DNA from: an uncultured Verrucomicrobiales bacterium
GTDB taxonomy: Bacteria; Verrucomicrobiota; Verrucomicrobiia; Verrucomicrobiales; Akkermansiaceae
Length of the DNA stretch: 64,000 nt
Reading direction: 5' to 3'
Assembly (NCBI GenBank): GCA_937928545.1
Contig: CALGJQ010000029.1
Span: 1 to 64,000, forward strand
In this document: piece by piece, positions 58,427 to 64,000 of the stretch
Numbering within the stretch: position 1 is the stretch's first letter
Layout of the letters: each line of letters starts with the position of its first letter
Program-made: the position numbers and the translations under genes
Notes under the pieces: generated by a model
Told to the model about the DNA's origin: nothing
Databases searched by the model: none
What the model saw: only the letters and a program-made list of their open reading frames with translations

Positions 58427-59269
58427 CTAAGGCAAGGCGACGGTTGGAGGTGCGATCAATACCTCTTTGCCCTTTTTGCTCGAATGCGCGCTATAATGGA
58501 GGGAAAAGGATCGGCAGGTCATGTCCCGATATAGTGCTCTAATTTCGGGTGCGTCATCATAAGTAAGAACCCATGGGAAGTCTGCCTTGTCTCGGAGATA
58601 GTCAGACACCTTTGCATGATCCTCTGGCTTGTAGTGATTGAGGTAGAGCTGTGATCCTTTCACGAAGTAAGGTGGATCGAGATAGGCGAAAAAATCCTCG
58701 TTGGCGTATTCCTTCGACGATGCAGCAAGGAAATCGAGAGCATCCAAATTCGAAATCTTGATGGATTCTTTGTGGTCAGCAATCTCCTCAATTCTTGCGA
58801 TCAAAGAATCCTTGTTAAACCTCGCGTCAATTTTCCAATTCCCATTTTGGGCGATTCCACCAATCGGACCACCAGTCGCGATAATGCCAGATCGATTGCA
58901 CCTGTTTAGATAAAAACTAGCAAATCCAGTCTTAAACTGAGAATGCTTATTAGAGCTTTTGTAAATCGCCTTTTGATTTCGCCATTCATCTACTGTTATT
59001 GGAGTTCGGTGAATTGCGTTTTTGAGGCGTGTTGTTTGATTGAGAACTGCGTTCCAAAACGAGTAAATCCGATAGTCGGCATCGTTTATGAGAGCGGTTG
59101 AGACATGCCCTAGGAAAAGGAGTTGTAGGGCTGAAGACGCCCCTCCTGCATATGGTTCTGCGTAAATGCCTCCTTGGAGTCCGTTTGCATAAACGATTTG
59201 TTGGAGCAAGGGACAAAGCTTTCCTTTCCCACCTGGGTAACGGAGAGGGCTGACTTGGCTAGCGATCAT
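58427..59269 (-). CDS. Dam-family DNA adenine methyltransferase
   Basis: LRYPGGKGK at the N-terminus (Dam motif) and DPPY catalytic motif. Confidence 0.85.
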   Translation of the reverse strand: MIASQVSPLRYPGGKGKLCPLLQQIVYANGLQGGIYAEPYAGGASSALQLLFLGHVSTALINDADYRIYSFWNAVLNQTTRLKNAIHRTPITVDEWRNQKAIYKSSNKHSQFKTGFASFYLNRCNRSGIIATGGPIGGIAQNGNWKIDARFNKDSLIARIEEIADHKESIKISNLDALDFLAASSKEYANEDFFAYLDPPYFVKGSQLYLNHYKPEDHAKVSDYLRDKADFPWVLTYDDAPEIRALYRDMTCRSFSLHYSAHSSKKGKEVLIAPPTVALP

Positions 59270-60753
59270 TTTTTGACAGACAGAAGCTTTTCAAAAACTG
59301 GCTCAAGTTTGGCACAGAGTGATTCAATATCGGAATCGGTTACTGGGAAAAATTCAGCATGAACCCACGCGTTTAATGTTGTAAGAGAAAAAATTCCTTC
59401 TTTCTGTCCCAGCAACTGATTTACGACAGAAATAACTCTCTTTTCGAGCTGGATTGATGACCCTGCGTTGGAGTCGATTATGAACTTGAGCATACGTGAT
59501 AGCTTCGGAATCTCATTGGGATTTGCCTGATTGACAAATTTCATAAGTTTTGGCCAGTCACCAGCTTCCTTTACTGACCCAATTAGAGACAATTCCAACA
59601 GGAGCCTTACAAGGAGAGCCGTTGAGTTTTTATATTCACTATATCGAATGGAGTGAATTTCCTTGATCACCGAAGGGATTCTTTGATCAGGAAAGCAGCA
59701 TGTGAATTTTTTCTTAAAAAGCCCATTTCCGTATTTCCTACCCGCCTTCTTTTTCGGTGGGAGTTGCTTTTGGGGAGGGGTGGTAACTTTGGGAGGGGGT
59801 GGACTATTTGAAAGTTTCGCATAAAGAGCTTTGAACTCTTTCGGAGTCTGTCTTTTCTTCTTAGGTAATTGATCTTCCAACTTTCCGAGATAGCCCTTTA
59901 GCTTTCCGAGATCACCGACAGTTCTTGTGTCGAGCTTCTTCTTTCCCGTTTGCTCATCAATCGATAGGGAATCTTCAAGAATTATGCTGAGGAAATGTTG
60001 AAACCGCTCCATTCCTCCTGTCACCTCAATTCCTTTGTCGGGGCTGATTGAGAACCCTACCGTCTTTTGGGCTGTCGGAACGGTGATTATCTTATCGATG
60101 ACGGTTGCATGGGGGAATTTTTTTGGATCTGCGAGATCCTCTTTTATCTCCTTGGCCAAATCAAGGTGAGGAGAGATTTCGTAAATGCTTAGGGTTGCCA
60201 ACGACTCGGAAATCGCCCCGTCCGTTGCCCGACAGATTCGTTTGATCTCCTCAAGGCTCTCTCCAGCGTTGACCAGCTTTTGGATGAAAACCGCCTGTTG
60301 AATTTTGGACCACCGCTTGGAAAACGTTTCCGGCGTGTGCTTCATGTAAACATATATGTTTGCCTGAGTCCTGTCTGGTGCGCAAACAGTCCAAACCTTT
60401 CGGGGGAGGTTTTCGCCTAAGTCAGTTTGGAGTGCTTTGAAGGTTTTCTGAACGCTGGGGTCAGGCGCGCGAAGAGGATTGGTAAGCAGCTTATATGCAG
60501 CAAGCCGCCGATTCCCCTCGATCACGATCTTCTTGCCATTCTCAACCGCGATCACCAAGTCTTCGACTGGCAGGTAGCCAACTTGAGAAATCTGTCTTGC
60601 GAGTTGATCAATGTCCTCAGTTTCGAGGAGCTTTTCAATCGCTTCAGCCTCAGACTTTGTTTCGCCGAAAAGCCTCGGGTTTTTAAGGTCGAGGTGAAGT
60701 GATGAAATGACGTATTCACGTTTCTTCCATTCAGTATAGTTGGTCAGTGGCAT
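59266..60753 (-). CDS. ParB-like nuclease-domain protein with a C-terminal domain of unknown function
   Basis: KIVIEGNRRLAAYKLL is a ParB/Srx-type GxRR motif near the N-terminus. The gene overlaps the dam-like gene by 4 nt. Confidence 0.6.
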   Translation of the reverse strand: MPLTNYTEWKKREYVISSLHLDLKNPRLFGETKSEAEAIEKLLETEDIDQLARQISQVGYLPVEDLVIAVENGKKIVIEGNRRLAAYKLLTNPLRAPDPSVQKTFKALQTDLGENLPRKVWTVCAPDRTQANIYVYMKHTPETFSKRWSKIQQAVFIQKLVNAGESLEEIKRICRATDGAISESLATLSIYEISPHLDLAKEIKEDLADPKKFPHATVIDKIITVPTAQKTVGFSISPDKGIEVTGGMERFQHFLSIILEDSLSIDEQTGKKKLDTRTVGDLGKLKGYLGKLEDQLPKKKRQTPKEFKALYAKLSNSPPPPKVTTPPQKQLPPKKKAGRKYGNGLFKKKFTCCFPDQRIPSVIKEIHSIRYSEYKNSTALLVRLLLELSLIGSVKEAGDWPKLMKFVNQANPNEIPKLSRMLKFIIDSNAGSSIQLEKRVISVVNQLLGQKEGIFSLTTLNAWVHAEFFPVTDSDIESLCAKLEPVFEKLLSVKK

Positions 60754-60896
60754 CTGTGTCGGTTGTAGCTTGGCAAAGTGTGCTCAAAAAATGGTTCGTA
60801 ATAAAGCCTTCTTCTGGGCGGAGTAAATTCGACTCAAAAGGAAACTTTAGGTGTATTCAGAAAAACACTTGATTTTTTGAATACACTTGGTAGATA

Positions 60897-61532
60897 TTGG
60901 CCATGCCGAAAACGATCCCAGTTGCTATTCTTGTCCGAGTCTCGACAACGAAACAAGAGACAGATCGTCAGGTTTCCGAATTGGAAGCCTACGCGTTGAA
61001 GCAGGGATACTCAGTTTTTGAAGTCTGCCGGGAGTCAATTTCGGGGGCCGCTGCTATGGATTGTCGCGCTGGACTGAGTCGGGTTGAAGAGTTGGCGCGT
61101 TCGGGCCAGATCAAAAAGGTGCTTGTTCATGAAGTCTCTCGTCTTGCGAGGAAAAATAGTGTATGCCATAGCTTCGTTGAAGCACTGGAGGAAGCTGGCG
61201 TCTCGCTTTATTGGCACCAACAATCGATTGAGACCCTTCTCCCAAGTGGAAAAAGAAATCCGGCTGCTGCAATGATGTTTGCCTTACTTGCTGAGATGGC
61301 CCGATCTGAAAGAGACACCTTGACTGAGAGAATCAAGTCTGGCCTTGCTGAGGCTAGACGGAAAGGACGGACTCTAGGCCGTCCGAAAGGGTCGGGCTTG
61401 GATACCAAAGATTTCCTCTTCAAGCATCGTGACGTAAGGCGAAAGCTGAATGAAGGGCATTCGATAAGAAATACTGCCAAGATCACGGGTAAGGGCGTTT
61501 CGACGGTTCAGCGAGTGAAAGCGTTACTCTAA
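60897..61532 (+). CDS. Serine recombinase (resolvase/invertase family)
   Basis: AILVRVSTTKQETDRQ (catalytic Ser region), a resolvase core and a C-terminal HTH. Confidence 0.85.
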   Translation: MAMPKTIPVAILVRVSTTKQETDRQVSELEAYALKQGYSVFEVCRESISGAAAMDCRAGLSRVEELARSGQIKKVLVHEVSRLARKNSVCHSFVEALEEAGVSLYWHQQSIETLLPSGKRNPAAAMMFALLAEMARSERDTLTERIKSGLAEARRKGRTLGRPKGSGLDTKDFLFKHRDVRRKLNEGHSIRNTAKITGKGVSTVQRVKALL

Positions 61533-61546
61533 CGCCTCCATCTTCT

Positions 61547-61786
61547 CTATCGTAGTGACTCTTCGGCCTCGGTGATTATTGAGCTAAGGGTTAAATCGAG
61601 GGCGTTAGCGATTTTCTGAAATATGAACAAAGTCCCGTTTGTCTCTTCAGCTTCGATTCGGCCAATTGTGGAACGACTCACCCCCGCGAGGTCTGCCAGT
61701 TTTTGATGGGAAAGGCCCTGCTTTTTGCGGTGAGCTATGAGAACGGCAGTCACTTGAGATGATAGCTGTTTCGGGTCGATTGGCAC
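61547..61786 (-). CDS. XRE-family HTH regulator (paralog of 48946..49152)
   Basis: QGLSHQKLADLAGVSRSTIGRIE is a Cro/C1-type HTH. Confidence 0.7.
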   Translation of the reverse strand: MPIDPKQLSSQVTAVLIAHRKKQGLSHQKLADLAGVSRSTIGRIEAEETNGTLFIFQKIANALDLTLSSIITEAEESLR

Positions 61787-61842
61787 ATTCCCAGATTATT
61801 GCTGGTCTCCAATTAAAAATACGCCCACATAAGGGCGGTTAA

Positions 61843-62796
61843 ATGATTGCTACAATTTCAGGGAAAATTCGGGTTCTTCCACTTTGGGGGAAAGTCATCT
61901 TGGGAATCACCGCTTTCGGTGTTCTGAGTCTTGTCGGGCTGTTTGGTCTAGCCTTCGTTCTAGCTCTGGGCGACCTGATCGACAGTGAGGACAAGCAAAG
62001 CGATGCTGAGGTCATTGAGAGCGTTTCTACGGTGGAACCAAGCGGTTTCATTATGAGGGGAACGGTCTGCTTTGAGGACAGGGAATCTTCCAAATTGCTT
62101 TCAAACTCAAGTGATGCAGGAACGGTTTACAAACGGCTCAAGAGTGAGGGCAAGGCTTGGTCTTTTGACCACAACCTGCGAATCGCGATTCTGGAGGGGT
62201 CTCCAAAAGACGAATTGGTGAAAGTCGCTTTGACCGACTGGAAGGATCGTAGAACCAAAAGAGCTTTCTGGATTAGTGGAGAGGATTATTTGGCGAGGAC
62301 TCACTCGTTCGCTCAATTCGCGATGGACGGTTCGAAGATGGTGAGCCAACGGGACTTCAAAATAGTCCTTAATGGCCAAAATGAAGTGAGGCTAAGGCAG
62401 TTCAGTGTACGGGATTTCGCTTTCTTGGTGGAACTGATCTACAAGGGAATGGTTTCTGAAGAGGCTGCTAAAAAGTGTCTGATTTTTCCTGAATCAACGA
62501 TTGGAAAGCTTGTCTTTTGCTCTTTTGAGTATCGCTTGAAGAACCGTCTCATCTACTCAGTTGGGCAAGTTGGTGATGATGTGGAATACGACATCGCAGT
62601 GATTCGCGACGAGTCTCTTGAAACGAGATATAGCGATCCAAATGATCTATATCGCGAGATGAAGCCGGGAACCCTTCACGGTGCTGATCCAATGTGGCAA
62701 GGGGGAATGGTTTTCAATGGTTTTGAGGACTTCACGACTCAAAACGGCACGGTTCGGCGAATTCCAGTCTTCAGGATTGTGAATCCACAACCTTGA
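61843..62796 (+). CDS. Membrane-anchored hypothetical protein (317 aa)
   Basis: N-terminal TM helix; no recognisable motifs. Confidence 0.5.
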   Translation: MIATISGKIRVLPLWGKVILGITAFGVLSLVGLFGLAFVLALGDLIDSEDKQSDAEVIESVSTVEPSGFIMRGTVCFEDRESSKLLSNSSDAGTVYKRLKSEGKAWSFDHNLRIAILEGSPKDELVKVALTDWKDRRTKRAFWISGEDYLARTHSFAQFAMDGSKMVSQRDFKIVLNGQNEVRLRQFSVRDFAFLVELIYKGMVSEEAAKKCLIFPESTIGKLVFCSFEYRLKNRLIYSVGQVGDDVEYDIAVIRDESLETRYSDPNDLYREMKPGTLHGADPMWQGGMVFNGFEDFTTQNGTVRRIPVFRIVNPQP

Positions 62797-62800
62797 GAAT

Positions 62801-62816
62801 TTGCAACTGGTTGCAA
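62801..62816. repeat. Palindrome TTGCAACTGGTTGCAA (site C, one mismatch to sites A and B)
   Basis: Abuts the stop codon of integrase 2. Confidence 0.65.
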
Positions 62817-63959
62817 TTATTGCCACGGGTTGTCCTCAAGTCCTTCAATGGTGACCTGATCGACGATAGCTTTAAGCTGACTAAGCGGGAATCCTTTGCC
62901 GTAATCTGCTCCAGCGTTTTTCTTTCCCCCGCCAGTAGTCCACCCAAGAAGGGCAGTTCGCTTGTCATCGGAATCGGTGATTCTCCTTAGTTCATCGGTG
63001 ACTTGGTGTCTGAAGGTATGAAAAGTCTTCCTTTTTTTGTTTGGCTGGTTGGTTGTGACCTTTCGGATTTGGCGGTTAATCCACTGGCTTAAATCCTTTG
63101 CTCGGTTTCCTGTGAGTGAGTTCTCTTTGAACTCGCAGAAGAGAAAAGGATCTTCCCCTTGTTCCCTTCGCCTTTCCACAAAATTGAGGAATCCGCTTTC
63201 GATGATTTGTCGATGAATCGGGACTCGTCTCTGGCTGACTTCGCTTTTCAGTGATTTGATTGTCTGGCCAGTATCGTCTTCTTCTCTGACTGAAAGATAG
63301 TGAACACCCTCAGAGACTTTTACGTCTTCGATGAGAAGAGATGCCGCTTCATTGATACGCAAGCCATGAAAGACGCAAAGCAAAGGAACCCAAAACTTGC
63401 CCTCTGTTGCCAAGCCCTCTTCGTTGCTTGTTCCTCTAACTGACAAGAGGGAAGAGCTTGTGAAAAGTGCCCTGAGTTCAGTTGCTGTGAACGAAACATG
63501 CTCTTTCCTCTTCACTGCTGGCAAAAGGCCTCGCAGTGCTTTTGAGTCGAAAGGGTTTCTATCGATCCACTGAATTTCTTCAGCGTAGGAGAGAATGGAT
63601 TGAATCGTTATGAAAAGATCAAGCTGGCGTTTTGGGGCTAACCCTTTCCCCGTCTTTGCGACATTGGCGAGTTTCGCCGCCGCCCTGAAGTCCATACCGG
63701 GAAAGCGTTGGGTTTTGTTGGCTGGAATCTCTGCGAGAAATGAAACCAGCTTTTCGGCTTCATCATATCCGATAGACTTTAGCGGTTTATCGGGACCAAA
63801 GAAATCAATCAAGATTTCGATGGGCATCTGATACCCCGCAAGGGTCGATTTCTTGAGCTTGCCCTTGGCAAAACGAGTTGGGAATCGCTCGCAAATTTCT
63901 GCGATGATTCGGTGCGAGTGAGGGGTAGCTTGCCCTTGGCTAGCGATTATTGAGGCCAT
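62817..63959 (-). CDS. Tyrosine recombinase / integrase (element 2)
   Basis: FHGLRINEAASL, HTFRH and a GW..Y tail. Paralogous to the integrase at 54592..56388. Confidence 0.85.
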   Translation of the reverse strand: MASIIASQGQATPHSHRIIAEICERFPTRFAKGKLKKSTLAGYQMPIEILIDFFGPDKPLKSIGYDEAEKLVSFLAEIPANKTQRFPGMDFRAAAKLANVAKTGKGLAPKRQLDLFITIQSILSYAEEIQWIDRNPFDSKALRGLLPAVKRKEHVSFTATELRALFTSSSLLSVRGTSNEEGLATEGKFWVPLLCVFHGLRINEAASLLIEDVKVSEGVHYLSVREEDDTGQTIKSLKSEVSQRRVPIHRQIIESGFLNFVERRREQGEDPFLFCEFKENSLTGNRAKDLSQWINRQIRKVTTNQPNKKRKTFHTFRHQVTDELRRITDSDDKRTALLGWTTGGGKKNAGADYGKGFPLSQLKAIVDQVTIEGLEDNPWQ

Positions 63960-64000
63960 CGAAAACCGTTCGTCAACAGGTCCGGGATTTTCACCAGTCA

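Larger units (their letters stand above)
45638..64000. mobile_element. Two tandem tRNA-targeting integrative elements. Element 1 is about 45638..56451. Element 2 is about 56452 to beyond the window end.
   Basis: The 23-nt tRNA 3'-end core is repeated at both left boundaries. Each unit carries a rep-like gene, an XRE regulator and a tyrosine integrase in the same order. Ordinary housekeeping genes end at 45568. Confidence 0.6.

Noticed and set aside
1-64000. CRISPR arrays or other short tandem direct-repeat arrays
   Set aside because: No regularly spaced direct repeats were seen. The only repeats are the att copies, the palindromes and the inverted repeats flanking the GxxExxY gene.

Overview
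This 64 kb window is a bacterial chromosomal segment that contains two tandemly integrated mobile elements at its right end. The host looks like a Gram-negative, possibly PVC-group organism, because it encodes a PEP-CTERM protein, type IV pilus PilT ATPases, heme A synthase and an LptF/G permease. I could not run any searches, so every call below comes from reading the sequence and recognising motifs by eye.

The first ~45 kb is mostly housekeeping. It carries DAHP synthase, an M42 aminopeptidase, aspartate kinase and homoserine dehydrogenase, a 2-oxo-acid dehydrogenase E1alpha/E1beta/E2 operon, thymidylate kinase, malate dehydrogenase, ThiG, heme A synthase, several transporters, tRNA-Arg(TCT) and tRNA-Thr(TGT). 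Three things interrupt this. A truncated IS3-type transposase sits at the left edge next to a VapB-like antitoxin. An NfeD-like/flotillin operon is followed by a GxxExxY (PD-(D/E)xK) gene flanked by inverted repeats, and then by a giant 1659-aa AAA+ protein. A bacterial dynamin-like GTPase stands alone.

From about 45.6 kb to the window end there are two related integrative elements in tandem. Each begins with a 23-nt copy of a tRNA 3' end (T-loop to CCA, in reverse orientation), then a conserved motif (TAAAAATCTGACAA), then a paralogous ~448-aa putative replication protein. Each also carries an XRE-type HTH regulator and cargo genes, and ends with a tyrosine integrase.

Element 1 cargo is an alpha-class DNA methyltransferase convergent with a tightly overlapping three-gene operon. 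That operon encodes a STAND NTPase with TPR repeats, a bona fide GTP cyclohydrolase II homolog, and a DUF2419/Qng1-like nucleotide N-glycosylase. I know of no described defence or modification system with this gene combination, and it is my top candidate for a novel system.

Element 2 cargo is a Dam-like methyltransferase overlapping a ParB-like nuclease-domain protein, plus a serine recombinase. A perfect 16-bp palindrome (TTGCAACCGGTTGCAA) occurs three times within the two elements.
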